Shown piece by piece: positions 37,989-47,760 of a stretch of 64,000 nucleotides of DNA. Source of the stretch: a virus. A program made the position numbers and the translations under genes. The notes beneath the pieces were generated by a model, which saw only the letters and a list, made by a program, of their open reading frames with translations, had not been told where the DNA came from and searched no databases. Location of the stretch: the UHGV virus genome UHGV-1383976. One strand, 5' to 3'. Each line of letters starts with the position of its first letter. The stretch's first letter is position 1.

Positions 37989-38231
37989 ATGAGTAAAAGT
38001 CCAGCACTTGTGCATCAAATATTACGCGACTGGCGCGAGGAAAGTAAAAGTCCTCCTTTTTCATATAGTTTTAATTGGGCAAAAGGTCAGATCGATATTT
38101 ACACAGCGCGGCCCGGCCTTTTGATTGGCAAGGGTGGTTCATTGGCTGAGAAGTATATTGGAAAAATGAAAGCCGCATACCCTTCTTTTAATATTCGACT
38201 TCATGAACTTGAATTGCATTATGTTAAATAA
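37989..38231 (+). CDS. hypothetical protein
   Basis: RBS aaggagg. Confidence 0.4.
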   Translation: MSKSPALVHQILRDWREESKSPPFSYSFNWAKGQIDIYTARPGLLIGKGGSLAEKYIGKMKAAYPSFNIRLHELELHYVK

Positions 38232-38246
38232 GAAAGGAGTATATCA

Positions 38247-39083
38247 ATGATAAATCCGCAGGAATATGTAAATAAGGCATATCAGCTTGGCGAAAAGGTT
38301 TATGGTAATCGTCTTATATTCGCCGCACATTACGGCTCTTTCAATTATGGCCTTGCCGATGAGGAAAGCGATTGTGATGTCGCTCTTATTGTAATGCCAT
38401 CAATGGAGGAAATTGTAAGGTGTGAAAGCTCCAACACTCCATTGAAGCACGTTCCTGAAGGCGACATTGATGTAATTGATGTTCGCACTTTTGTTAGACG
38501 ATTGGCTAACGCTGAGCTTAATTCTCTTCAGTATCTTTATGCGCCTTATCACAAGTGGAATGAATATTGGAATGATACTTTCGCGTCTCTTCACGGCAAG
38601 TTTCTTTGGGATATTGCTATGATAAATCCGTATGAACTTTTCTATAATATGCGGGGTGTAATAGCCCGCGCAAGTAAGCGAATGGATAATGTTAGTGAGA
38701 AAAATCCCTTTAGTCCATCTTGCTCTAAAGCTATTTATAATGCAATGCGAATGATCGACCTTGCGAACGCATTCGCTGATGATATTGAGGAAAATGGTCT
38801 TGGCACTTATAACGACATCAATATATTTTCTTGGGAGTATGGTGTTCATAGTAGGAAGGACTTGATGGCAATGAAACGCGGTTTATATTCATACACAACC
38901 GCCCGCGATTGTATTGATTCGTGTATGAAAGAAATTGATAAGTTCCATGATATATTTATCAATGAGGACAATGAAACCATAGCTTTGGATAATCGTGCGG
39001 TACAGCGTCTTGAGCGAATGATTGAAGGCGCTCTCATTAAACTTTACTTCAATGAAGCGGCTACACCAAAATTTTGGTCATAA
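38247..39083 (+). CDS. Pol-beta-superfamily nucleotidyltransferase
   Basis: GSFNYGLADEESDCDV (GS...DxD). Confidence 0.6.
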   Translation: MINPQEYVNKAYQLGEKVYGNRLIFAAHYGSFNYGLADEESDCDVALIVMPSMEEIVRCESSNTPLKHVPEGDIDVIDVRTFVRRLANAELNSLQYLYAPYHKWNEYWNDTFASLHGKFLWDIAMINPYELFYNMRGVIARASKRMDNVSEKNPFSPSCSKAIYNAMRMIDLANAFADDIEENGLGTYNDINIFSWEYGVHSRKDLMAMKRGLYSYTTARDCIDSCMKEIDKFHDIFINEDNETIALDNRAVQRLERMIEGALIKLYFNEAATPKFWS

Positions 39084-39087
39084 AAAT

Positions 39088-39116
39088 TTGATTTTTTCTC
39101 GAATTTTCGATATAAT
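39088..39116 (+). promoter_or_regulatory. family-A promoter
   Basis: TTGATT-17-TATAAT. Confidence 0.6.
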
Positions 39117-39143
39117 ATATATAGAAAGTGAGAGAGAAATATG

Positions 39144-39221
39144 GGCCGGATAACTCAGATGGTAGAGAACCAGTGCGGTTAGGCGCTGGAGGAGGCGGTG
39201 GTTCGAATCCACCTCGGCCCA
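39144..39221 (+). tRNA. atypical tRNA-like (7-bp anticodon stem, 6-nt loop GGTTAG)
   Basis: perfect acceptor ggccgga/tcggccc and T-arm ggtgg-ttcgaat-ccacc; non-canonical anticodon arm. Confidence 0.4.
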
Positions 39222-39224
39222 ATT

Positions 39225-40073
39225 AGATATGAAGGCGACATACAGTTATTATAGTCGCCGGACGTACTGCTCCGTCCATTACGAACAGAGCAGCCCCGCA
39301 AAACGAGGGTGAGAGTTGAGTTTGTTGGTTTTACTTGAAACCGCCGTCGGGGTAAGTGGCGTTACATCTTACCAAAAAAATCCGTCTGACTGCAGTAAGG
39401 GCGGTTGGTTTGTAGGTTTGCCAATAGGTATAAGTCTAGATACCAATAAAATACTTACCAAAGAGGAGTAATATGGCTGAAGTCCTCCAGCGTGGTTGAT
39501 ATGTTGAAATGCCTAGGCCACGCACATATGTCAGTTTAGTTTAACGAGGGAAAACAACGCCCGTCAAGGCGTAATTTCGGGTTCGAGTCCCGAAACTGTC
39601 CTTGGTTTGACAGGCCAAGAAATTTGTCAGGTGCGGCCCTTTGTCGCCGGTCGAGACTCCGTCCGGAAATGAGCTACGTCTAAGTAAGAAGCGTGAACTT
39701 AGCGCTGATGTGCGTGATGCATCGGTTGCGTGTCCAAAACACGACAGGTTTGGTTGAGTTTTCTACACAAAATTCAATTGGGTCAGGCCGCCCACAGGAT
39801 GGCCGCGGGTTCCACTCCCCGAACGAAAAACAATCGGGAAATCTCTTGTTTTTCTCAATTTTGTTAGTAGTTAGTCGCATTGATGAAATTGCTTTTTGGA
39901 GTAAAGTTGTGAGTAGCTAAAGAAATGACAATTCTTTTTCTACTCAAAAAGCCAAGTATCCGCCTCTGCTTGGACATCCGCGCGAGGTTGCGTGTTGATG
40001 AAAAGCGTGGAAGGCAGTTATATAATGGGGACTGCCGCATAGTTGGTTTAGGAGAGTTGCCAGCTACGGAAAT
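39225..40073 (+). ncRNA. candidate large structured ncRNA (~850 nt, GC-rich, ORF-free, with tRNA-like modules)
   Basis: no ORFs; embedded T-arm-like cgggttcgagtcccg; same transcription unit as the flanking tRNAs. Confidence 0.45.
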
Positions 40074-40150
40074 GGCGCATTGGACGAACTGGTAGAGTCA
40101 CCACCCTTTCAAGGTGGAACTTAGGGGTTCAAGCCCCCTATGCGTCACCA
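40074..40150 (+). tRNA. tRNA-Glu(TTC)
   Basis: anticodon ccacc-ctttcaa-ggtgg; T-arm agggg-ttcaagc-cccct; CCA. Confidence 0.65.
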
Positions 40151-40176
40151 ATAATTTTCATTTTTATATTCCCTTT

Positions 40177-40210
40177 TCTTAGAGTCCCGCGTAGATTAGC
40201 TACGCGGGAT
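40177..40210 (+). terminator. rho-independent terminator
   Basis: cccgcgtagattagctacgcggg followed by a T-run. Confidence 0.6.
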
Positions 40211-40239
40211 TTGATTTTTTAAGAATTTTTATTATAATA
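40211..40239 (+). promoter_or_regulatory. family-A promoter
   Basis: TTGATT-17-TATAAT. Confidence 0.6.
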
Positions 40240-40272
40240 TATATAGAAAGTGAAAAGAAAGGAATTTTAAAA

Positions 40273-40569
40273 ATGATAAAAGCAATTATTCTTGATGATG
40301 GTTATCATTCCAACGATGTGGTAATAAAGTTTGGGGAAAATTATAAGAGTGTTTCTCTTGTATATTTTTTGAATCTGCTCTGTAAGCGTCATGACTCTGA
40401 TTATGAAGTAAAAACCATTCATTTTGAGGATATTGGGGATGATGCCGTGGCGGAATGGTTTGAAATTCTAAATAATATGAGCTATTGTTCGTCTACTGTT
40501 CAGTCTTGCGAGGAGTTTGAGAAGCTTTGGGAGTCTGACGAGGTTGTAGATGGAATAGATGTGTATTGA
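40273..40569 (+). CDS. hypothetical acidic protein
   Basis: ORF. Confidence 0.45.
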   Translation: MIKAIILDDGYHSNDVVIKFGENYKSVSLVYFLNLLCKRHDSDYEVKTIHFEDIGDDAVAEWFEILNNMSYCSSTVQSCEEFEKLWESDEVVDGIDVY

Positions 40570-40584
40570 GAAAGGAGAACTCCA

Positions 40585-40902
40585 ATGAATCTTTGGGTTG
40601 ATGATATTAGAACTCCGCCCTTTGATAGCTATGTGTGGGCACGTTCTGTAAATGAAGCCATTACCGCTATCAAATCCTATGAGAGAAATTTCACTGGCGG
40701 CGACACTATTTTTATTAGTCTCGATCATGATGCTGGCGATTTTGCGAAAGATGGCGGAGATTATATTCATATTTTAAACTGGCTTGAGCGAGAAAAAATC
40801 GTAGACACTGGATATTTTTTTCATCTTCATACTATGAATCCTGTGGGAAGAGAAAATATGGAGAGAATTATTAGAAAAAATGGATGGAGGTTAGTGAAGT
40901 AA
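40585..40902 (+). CDS. hypothetical protein
   Basis: RBS aaggagaa. Confidence 0.45.
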   Translation: MNLWVDDIRTPPFDSYVWARSVNEAITAIKSYERNFTGGDTIFISLDHDAGDFAKDGGDYIHILNWLEREKIVDTGYFFHLHTMNPVGRENMERIIRKNGWRLVK

Positions 40903-41249
40903 TGGATGCTTTGGAATTTTTTCGTGAGAGAAGACGTATGTGTGTGTCTTTTGGCAACGTTTGCTCTAGTTGTCCTGCTAATGCAGAGGGTTATTGTATA
41001 GCCTTTGATGAGGATGAGGAAGCTGTCCCTATTGTTGAAAAGTGGTCTGCTGAACACCCACGCAAAACAAGACAAAGTGAGTTTTTAAAAATATATCCTC
41101 ACGTTTTGATAAATAAAATTGATGGATTTATAGAAATATGCCCAGCAGATTTGATACCTGATTATAGGGATGATACCGGACATTGCAATAGACGTAATAT
41201 TTATTGTATAGATTGTCGCCGCGAGTTTTGGCTACAGGAGATAGAGTGA
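40884..41249 (+). CDS. Cys-rich hypothetical protein
   Basis: ORF. Confidence 0.4.
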   Translation: MEVSEVMDALEFFRERRRMCVSFGNVCSSCPANAEGYCIAFDEDEEAVPIVEKWSAEHPRKTRQSEFLKIYPHVLINKIDGFIEICPADLIPDYRDDTGHCNRRNIYCIDCRREFWLQEIE

Positions 41250-41250
41250 T

Positions 41251-41775
41251 ATGGAAACAGTAAATTGTCTTCGCTGTGATTTTCGTCATAAGGATAATGG
41301 AAACTGTACTGCTGTCTGGGGATTTTGTACCGCGGTAGCGGCTGCACACTGCCCGATGTTGCGGAAATATTTAGATACGGGATTGACCCCAGAGCAGTGT
41401 GAAAGCGCAAAGGCTATCATTAAATCTGCCTTTAGCGATGATTCATCAAAGGAAGAGCGAATTCGTGAGCTACTAAAGGCCGACAAGGACGGGCGCATAG
41501 AGGTGCTGCCGTGCAAGGATTGGCTCAACATTGTTTTTGGGGATCAAGTTTTGTTTTGGGGAATTGATAAGGACTACATGAAGAACCCAATTCGTGAGAT
41601 TTCCGTATATGGCGCTGAACGCATCGGGTGGTATGACGGCTATGAAACCGTATATTTGAAAGGAACGGACGAAAACGGAGAAGCATGGGAGTTTTATCCA
41701 GAAGACATTGGAAAGACCGTATTCCTGACCTACAAGGACGCGAAGAAAGCATTGGAGGAGATGAAGGATGATTGA
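41251..41775 (+). CDS. hypothetical protein
   Basis: ORF. Confidence 0.45.
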   Translation: METVNCLRCDFRHKDNGNCTAVWGFCTAVAAAHCPMLRKYLDTGLTPEQCESAKAIIKSAFSDDSSKEERIRELLKADKDGRIEVLPCKDWLNIVFGDQVLFWGIDKDYMKNPIREISVYGAERIGWYDGYETVYLKGTDENGEAWEFYPEDIGKTVFLTYKDAKKALEEMKDD

Positions 41776-41959
41776 ATTAATACCTTGCCCGTTCTGCGGC
41801 GGTAAGGCAGAATGGGATAAGGGCAAAGCGCCTCAGTGTTCACAGTGTAAAGCGACAATACCATCTGCTGGGGGTGTATTTCGAAAATATTTTGATAAGA
41901 ATTATAGATACCGCCAATATATGGCTGGGCTTTGGAACAGGAGGGTTGACAATGGCTGA
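41768..41959 (+). CDS. zinc-ribbon protein
   Basis: CPFCGG...CSQCK. Confidence 0.35.
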   Translation: MIELIPCPFCGGKAEWDKGKAPQCSQCKATIPSAGGVFRKYFDKNYRYRQYMAGLWNRRVDNG

Positions 41960-42161
41960 CTATATTGAACGTGAAGTTGTTAAGGGGCTACTCAATATTA
42001 ACTATGGTGGCTATCTTGATGCCGTAGATCGTATCCCTGCTGCAGACGTTGCCCGGTGGTGCATGGGCGGTGGATTACGTGGGAGGCGGCAGGTAACGAC
42101 ATACCTTCGCCACACAGACATGAATGCTCGGTCTGCCACGACGCTGCGCAGGTGCTTATAA
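41952..42161 (+). CDS. hypothetical protein
   Basis: RBS ggaggg; GC-rich. Confidence 0.3.
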   Translation: MADYIEREVVKGLLNINYGGYLDAVDRIPAADVARWCMGGGLRGRRQVTTYLRHTDMNARSATTLRRCL

Positions 42162-42418
42162 ACGGTATTGAACTGCTCTCTGATTACTGCCCTAACTGCG
42201 GTGCGAAGATGGATGGTGACGCGAAATGATATGCCTTATAGTTTTTGCCGCACTTGCTTGTGCAGTAGGGGCGACACCACCAGCAACGGCCGCTGACATG
42301 ATGGCGATAGGCGTGTAGGTGCTGTGCGACATTGAATTGCTCAAGCTGATTTTTGGGAGAAGTTAATGGTGAGAGCCTAGTATGAATTCCCGGACATTAT
42401 GAAAGAAAGGATTAAAAT

Positions 42419-42688
42419 ATGATTATTTGTGCAGCGATTAAAGATACACGAACTGGTGCGATCTTTGGAGGAATTCGTCGTGGCAGCATTTATTCTGCGA
42501 TGCATGATGCAGGCATAATCCCTCCTCATGCAGCCGCAATTGAGGGATTCCTTGATGAGAGGGGAACTTTTTATGATAGATATGAAGCATATATTGTAGC
42601 TATGAATAATGGTCAAATGAGTGCTACGACTCGTCAGCACAAATGTGATAAAGGTGAGAAAGAATTATATTCGGAGGACTTATATTGA
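42419..42688 (+). CDS. hypothetical protein
   Basis: ORF. Confidence 0.4.
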   Translation: MIICAAIKDTRTGAIFGGIRRGSIYSAMHDAGIIPPHAAAIEGFLDERGTFYDRYEAYIVAMNNGQMSATTRQHKCDKGEKELYSEDLY

Positions 42689-42724
42689 TGGCAAGGATAG
42701 ATTTATGGGACTAAAGGGGACAAA

Positions 42725-43030
42725 ATGAGTAAATGTAATTGTTATCACGAAAGATCAGAGCGTAGATATATTTTTAATACTTTTACTGGGATGCCAGAAA
42801 CCTCATATCTTAGCACATATGGAGTCTGCTATGGCACAAAAGAATGTGATGTATGTGGTTGTGAGGGTGATGAAACTAGATGCAGTTTCTATCCCGAAAA
42901 GCGCGAAAAAGCCATTCAAGCCAATATTATGGCTTTTGAGAAACCAGCTTGTATTGACTGCCCATCTAATCCTAAGAATGGTGGAAATGGAATTTGCGCC
43001 TGCATCTTAGGGCAGGATGTAATTTATTGA
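42725..43030 (+). CDS. Cys-rich hypothetical protein
   Basis: ORF. Confidence 0.4.
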   Translation: MSKCNCYHERSERRYIFNTFTGMPETSYLSTYGVCYGTKECDVCGCEGDETRCSFYPEKREKAIQANIMAFEKPACIDCPSNPKNGGNGICACILGQDVIY

Positions 43031-43039
43031 GGTAAGAAT

Positions 43040-43240
43040 ATGAAACAAACAATTGAGTTAAATGCAAAAGATATCGAGCGGCTAATTGCAAAAGAGTTTG
43101 ACGTTAAAGAAGAACAAGTAATTGTCTCGCTCAGCAAAGTATATAGTGGATATGGAATTGGCGAGAATAAGGATTATGAGATCTGTGCTCTGATAAATAT
43201 GGGTGAAAATTATGACAGGAACAATAAATTGTATATATGA
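43040..43240 (+). CDS. hypothetical protein
   Basis: ORF. Confidence 0.35.
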   Translation: MKQTIELNAKDIERLIAKEFDVKEEQVIVSLSKVYSGYGIGENKDYEICALINMGENYDRNNKLYI

Positions 43241-43522
43241 AACCCCATGTGATGGTGTTCAAAGTGGGATAAGAAGTGTGATAAAAAGACGCCAGAGCGG
43301 GGACAAAGAGTTAAGTGCCATCCTATTGATGATGCGTTTACTAATAAAATGTGTCAATCAGAATCCGACCATGAGTGGGAATGTATTGGAATATCTACAA
43401 TAGGGACGGATTATATATGTAGAAAATGTTTTGCTCGAAAAAATGTCCCATATGAATCAATATAAAACTAAGGTTCCACGCATAATAAGTTGAATTTATC
43501 AATTGACTTAGAAGCGTGGAAC

Positions 43523-43551
43523 TTGTTTTTTTATAAAAATTGAGTTATAAT
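43523..43551 (+). promoter_or_regulatory. family-A promoter (TTGTTT -35 variant)
   Basis: preceded by a terminator hairpin; -10 TATAATATATATAGAAAATG. Confidence 0.55.
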
Positions 43552-43583
43552 ATATATAGAAAATGAGAAAAGGAGAATATAAA

Positions 43584-43940
43584 ATGAGAGAAAATTTGGA
43601 ATATATGATAAGTGCAATCAATGCAGCCACGATAAGTGCGGTTGCACATAGGTCCAATGGACTGATAGATAACAATTATGACCGTGCGCAAGAAATTAAG
43701 TTTCATCTTTGGTCTGTATGCGATCGTATAAATAGAGATGAGGGTGAAATAGTAGCTTGGGTTGGATTTGTTCCTGTTTATGAGATAACCTTTTTTTCTA
43801 TGCGGGATAGTTCTTTTGGTAATACATTAATACATAATCGTTCTAAGATTTATCTTGGAGAAGTTCCTCTTATCAGATTTGATAATGACGGTATCGAGAA
43901 ACCGACGACTATTTTTAGATATAAGGGAGAACTTATGTGA
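43584..43940 (+). CDS. hypothetical protein (paralog of 44933..45268)
   Basis: shared AHRSNG...F(F)xM.D.SFGNT...LIR..NDGI motifs. Confidence 0.5.
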   Translation: MRENLEYMISAINAATISAVAHRSNGLIDNNYDRAQEIKFHLWSVCDRINRDEGEIVAWVGFVPVYEITFFSMRDSSFGNTLIHNRSKIYLGEVPLIRFDNDGIEKPTTIFRYKGELM

Positions 43941-43970
43941 ATTTTAAAGCGGAGAATGGAGGAACAATAG

Positions 43971-44495
43971 ATGGCGGCTATAAAATTTGAGATTGATGGA
44001 AAGACTTATGATTTTACTTCGGAGAATTTTTGGGAGAAGTTTGTAATTGATAGCAATGGTAATATTATTCTGAAGCCAAAGGCGGAGATAAGAAATCCTT
44101 TTGAAAGAGTCGGAGAAGATAATAAAAAAGTCTTCTATGCTATGGATTGCTATGGTGGAGTTGCAAAACTTCGAGAGGGTGTTGCATGTATCGCGCCAGC
44201 CCTTTATGAAGTAGCTAATTATTGTACTGATGATAAACTTCTTCGACGGCGCGCTCTCTACGAAAAGCTTGAACGGTGTTTGTGGCGTTTTTCTATGGAG
44301 AATGGTGGAAGCGGAGATTATTATCCTGTTTTGAATAGAGAAACTCGTGAATGGTCTATTACTTATACGGAAATTCAAAGATTTGGGCCTTCTTTTAAGA
44401 CTTATGAGGTTTGTGGGCGTGCAATAGATGAAGTAATAAAACCGACATTAGATGGAATTGCCGAAGAGGAAATCTTTTCTTGGAAAGGGATATAA
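43971..44495 (+). CDS. hypothetical protein
   Basis: ORF. Confidence 0.5.
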   Translation: MAAIKFEIDGKTYDFTSENFWEKFVIDSNGNIILKPKAEIRNPFERVGEDNKKVFYAMDCYGGVAKLREGVACIAPALYEVANYCTDDKLLRRRALYEKLERCLWRFSMENGGSGDYYPVLNRETREWSITYTEIQRFGPSFKTYEVCGRAIDEVIKPTLDGIAEEEIFSWKGI

Positions 44496-44500
44496 TCTAT

Positions 44501-44767
44501 ATGTATCATTGTGAAGTATGTAGACATCATATCAACTTAGATTTAGATGCAGTGCCTACAAGGTGTGTTGACCCTGTAGCAAAATATTGTCAGGGTTGCA
44601 AATATGGCTGGATAAAATATCCAGATTGGGTTGAAACAAGAGAAGATCTCGATGGATGTTATTTCGATTCTAGCTGTATCTATGGGTTAGAAGGCACTCA
44701 GCCTACAGAAGAAGAGCTGGAAGAGTTCTATAGATGGTGGGATGAATGGAATGAGGCACAGCTATGA
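44501..44767 (+). CDS. hypothetical Cys/His-rich protein
   Basis: ORF. Confidence 0.4.
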   Translation: MYHCEVCRHHINLDLDAVPTRCVDPVAKYCQGCKYGWIKYPDWVETREDLDGCYFDSSCIYGLEGTQPTEEELEEFYRWWDEWNEAQL

Positions 44768-44928
44768 AAGTTAGAGAGCTAATTGAAAAATTAGAATCGT
44801 ATGCTAATAAATATGGAGATGATATTCCTGTTCGTACATTTGATTTAAATAGAGATATGTGCGATATAGATGAGGTTGAATTTAATCAGGGTTATGACTT
44901 AGAATATTATATTTATTTAGGAGCTTAA
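44764..44928 (+). CDS. small hypothetical protein
   Basis: coupled ORF. Confidence 0.3.
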   Translation: MKVRELIEKLESYANKYGDDIPVRTFDLNRDMCDIDEVEFNQGYDLEYYIYLGA

Positions 44929-44932
44929 AATT

Positions 44933-45268
44933 ATGAACGAACATTTGGAAAACATTATATATTCAATTAATCACGCAGTGGCTAAAGCGGCGATTCATCG
45001 GTCGAATGGAATATGGGATATAGAAAAAACTTACCATCGTGGGATAGATATCGCATTTGACCTTCGTTCAATATGCGAAATTATCAATAAAGATGTTGGC
45101 GAAGAACTTGTGGGAATAGAGACAACAAAGGTTTATGAGGTAGAATTTTTCGATATGCACGACGATTCTTTCGGTAATACAATTCAAGGCAATAAATCTA
45201 CTATTTGTATTGGAATGCTGCCACTTATTAGATATGAGAATGATGGAATACGTGGCGCGTGGGCATAA
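44933..45268 (+). CDS. hypothetical protein (paralog of 43584..43940)
   Basis: paralogy. Confidence 0.5.
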   Translation: MNEHLENIIYSINHAVAKAAIHRSNGIWDIEKTYHRGIDIAFDLRSICEIINKDVGEELVGIETTKVYEVEFFDMHDDSFGNTIQGNKSTICIGMLPLIRYENDGIRGAWA

Positions 45269-45923
45269 GCACGGGTATAAGTTTGATGACCTTTATAATA
45301 CTGATGAACAGCGTTATTTTTCGAAGCTCCGCAATTTTTTGACAAATTATAATCTCAAAACTGGCACGTATCCAACTGTCATAATTACAGGAGAGTGCGA
45401 TCCATCTCAGAATATGAGATGGGCAACTAAAGTAGCCAATGAGTGTAGTAATTTAGGTTGTAAAGTTGAGTTCCAGACGCACAATCTCTCCCTGAAAGAA
45501 TGCGATATACCGCGCGCGATTGATGTTTTGTCTTACTCCATAACGGATGCCCGTGAATATCTGTCGGCTTGGCGTTATGCAAAGCCCGGCTGGTGTCTCA
45601 ACCGTATGGTAATGATTCTGCGTGATGGCTTTGAATTTTTGAATAAGGATAACTTTTCTCCGATGGGCTTTGACCAGATTACGTTCAAAGCACTGAATTA
45701 CGGTGAGAGCGATGCTATCAATAAGTGGATTGATGAACACACCCCAGCATCTATTGATAATTTTTATGAGATAATGGAAAGCCGCAATGGTTCTACTCTT
45801 TCTGTGCGAGTTGATACTACCTGCCAGAAGGCTGAGGGGCGCTATTATGTCTTCCGTAGCGATGGCTATGTCTATGACAGTTGGGAAGCGACGATTCCTC
45901 TTGCGGATTGTAATATCCATTAA
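45239..45923 (+). CDS. hypothetical protein
   Basis: ORF; start uncertain. Confidence 0.4.
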
Positions 45924-45944
45924 AAGCAATAAGAACATTTAAAT

Positions 45945-45973
45945 TTGAAAATCCTCAAAATTTTTGCTATAAT
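45945..45973 (+). promoter_or_regulatory. family-A-like promoter
   Basis: TTGAAA-17-TATAAT. Confidence 0.5.
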
Positions 45974-46004
45974 TATTATAGAAAATAAGGAAAGGAAATA
46001 TAAA

Positions 46005-46244
46005 ATGGACAAGAATGATTGGATTCGATATCAAAAGGCGCAGCCGCTAAATGGAGAAAGAGTTTGGGTTTTACCTTATAGCCCCTATGTTCCGTGGCCA
46101 TATCTTGATCTGGTAGAGCTGTGTGAATATCAGTGGAACCAGTTGGTATGTGATTTTGAGTGGGTAGTTCTCCGTACTGGAGAGAGGTTGAAAACAAGTG
46201 AAATGGATTATTGGTGCACGGTTAGTGTGCCAGAAAGGTGGTAA
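46005..46244 (+). CDS. hypothetical protein
   Basis: RBS aaggaaagga. Confidence 0.45.
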   Translation: MDKNDWIRYQKAQPLNGERVWVLPYSPYVPWPYLDLVELCEYQWNQLVCDFEWVVLRTGERLKTSEMDYWCTVSVPERW

Positions 46245-46248
46245 AATA

Positions 46249-46497
46249 ATGCTGAGATTCAAGGCAACTTATTGGGATGAATTTATGGGTGAGAGTGGCG
46301 ATGAGCATACTGTCTGGGGCGTTTGCGAGGGGCCGTCTTTCTTTGAAGCAACAAAGCGCATTGAGGACGCGTTTGGCAAGGATCTCCTGAGTGTTGAGGT
46401 TATGGCTGGGGACGATTATGAAGATGAGATTTTTCTGATTGATTCTGACAATGAAGGCTGGCTCAGGGCGGCGCTTTCAAACATCCAAGAGAGATAA
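46249..46497 (+). CDS. hypothetical protein
   Basis: RBS aaaggtgg. Confidence 0.45.
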   Translation: MLRFKATYWDEFMGESGDEHTVWGVCEGPSFFEATKRIEDAFGKDLLSVEVMAGDDYEDEIFLIDSDNEGWLRAALSNIQER

Positions 46498-46537
46498 GTA
46501 AAACGAATACAAAACAAAATTGAAAGGAATTTGTAAG

Positions 46538-46990
46538 ATGAAGAAGATTATATCCACAATTTGTCTAATTCTTTTGTGTGCAGTTATGCTTGCACTGATG
46601 ACTGGTTGCGGTGCGACCGCCGCACAGACTATTGAAACGGAAAGCGCGGCAACGCCCGTTCCTATGACTCCAGAGCCGACGCCTTCTACCACGCTTAAAT
46701 CCATCAATGATCCTATTGCTGGCGATTGGATTATGTATCAGGCTGAGGTAAATGGTGTCGCTGTTGGCCCTGAAATAATTGTTGATTGGGGCTATACTTT
46801 GACAATTGATTCTGATGGTTATGCGGTTCTTATAACAAGTGATGATACCATTTATAGTGTTGCTGAATATACAAAGAGTGATGGCCAGTTTGATTGGTAT
46901 GATATTGGCGCGATGGCTATTATTTATGATACTAAGAATGATGTGCTTGCACTAACTAACTACTCTGATATATTTTATTACGCTAGATAA
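46538..46990 (+). CDS. lipoprotein
   Basis: signal peptide + lipobox LMTGC. Confidence 0.5.
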   Translation: MKKIISTICLILLCAVMLALMTGCGATAAQTIETESAATPVPMTPEPTPSTTLKSINDPIAGDWIMYQAEVNGVAVGPEIIVDWGYTLTIDSDGYAVLITSDDTIYSVAEYTKSDGQFDWYDIGAMAIIYDTKNDVLALTNYSDIFYYAR

Positions 46991-46993
46991 TTT

Positions 46994-47048
46994 CTTCATA
47001 TGGTTCCCGCACAAGTAAGTCTTTTCGTAAGACAGAAAGTGCGGGAAC
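46994..47048 (+). terminator. rho-independent terminator
   Basis: ggttcccgcac...gtgcgggaac followed by a T-run. Confidence 0.6.
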
Positions 47049-47077
47049 TTGTTTTTTTATAAAAATTGAGTTATAAT
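47049..47077 (+). promoter_or_regulatory. family-A promoter (TTGTTT variant)
   Basis: -10 TATAATATATATAGAAAATG. Confidence 0.55.
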
Positions 47078-47106
47078 ATATATAGAAAATGAGGAGGGAA
47101 AATAAA

Positions 47107-47334
47107 ATGAAATATAGAATGACAGTGTATGATAGGGAAGGCAAGTTCTATACATCTACTATCTTGCACCCTAATATTGGAACGCTTGGTCAGTATTATA
47201 CATTTAGAGAGCTGGTTGAGAACGAAACGATACGCACTATTTGCCCTAAGATGATGCGTGTTTTTACACCGATTAGTGATGAGGGATATGATAAGATTGA
47301 AGAATCGTTCGTGCTGATGCCAAAGGAGGATTGA
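47107..47334 (+). CDS. hypothetical protein
   Basis: RBS ggaggg. Confidence 0.45.
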   Translation: MKYRMTVYDREGKFYTSTILHPNIGTLGQYYTFRELVENETIRTICPKMMRVFTPISDEGYDKIEESFVLMPKED

Positions 47335-47335
47335 A

Positions 47336-47575
47336 ATGAAAGAAGGATGGATTTGCCCTAAGTGTGGGCACGTTTGGAGTCCTGATATATGGGGCTGTCA
47401 GGATTGTAATAAGGCGTCTGTTGGGCGGGTAAAAATATCGGCCTCGTGCAAACATCACTTTATATGGGATGGTCCGGATGGCGATGGTTGGACGTGTTCA
47501 ATATGTGGGGCGCATACAACTTATATACCTCTTACTTGTGAAGGGTGGGATGAACTTGAAAGAGAACTCTCCTAA
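47336..47575 (+). CDS. zinc-ribbon protein
   Basis: CPKCGH...CQDCN...CSICG. Confidence 0.45.
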   Translation: MKEGWICPKCGHVWSPDIWGCQDCNKASVGRVKISASCKHHFIWDGPDGDGWTCSICGAHTTYIPLTCEGWDELERELS

Positions 47576-47707
47576 GTCTGAAACAGCAATGCTGCACGAC
47601 CAGTTAGCTCAGTGGTGCGCGCTCCGTAAGAAATGCCAGAAATTCACAAACAAGAAAACTTACACGCGGAAAGAGAAACATCGTAAGCGAATTGAAGATA
47701 GCGAAGC

Positions 47708-47736
47708 TTGAAAAAATAAAAAAATCTTGATATAAT
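47708..47736 (+). promoter_or_regulatory. family-A promoter
   Basis: TTGAAA-17-TATAAT. Confidence 0.55.
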
Positions 47737-47760
47737 ATATATAGAAAGTGAGGGAAGAGA

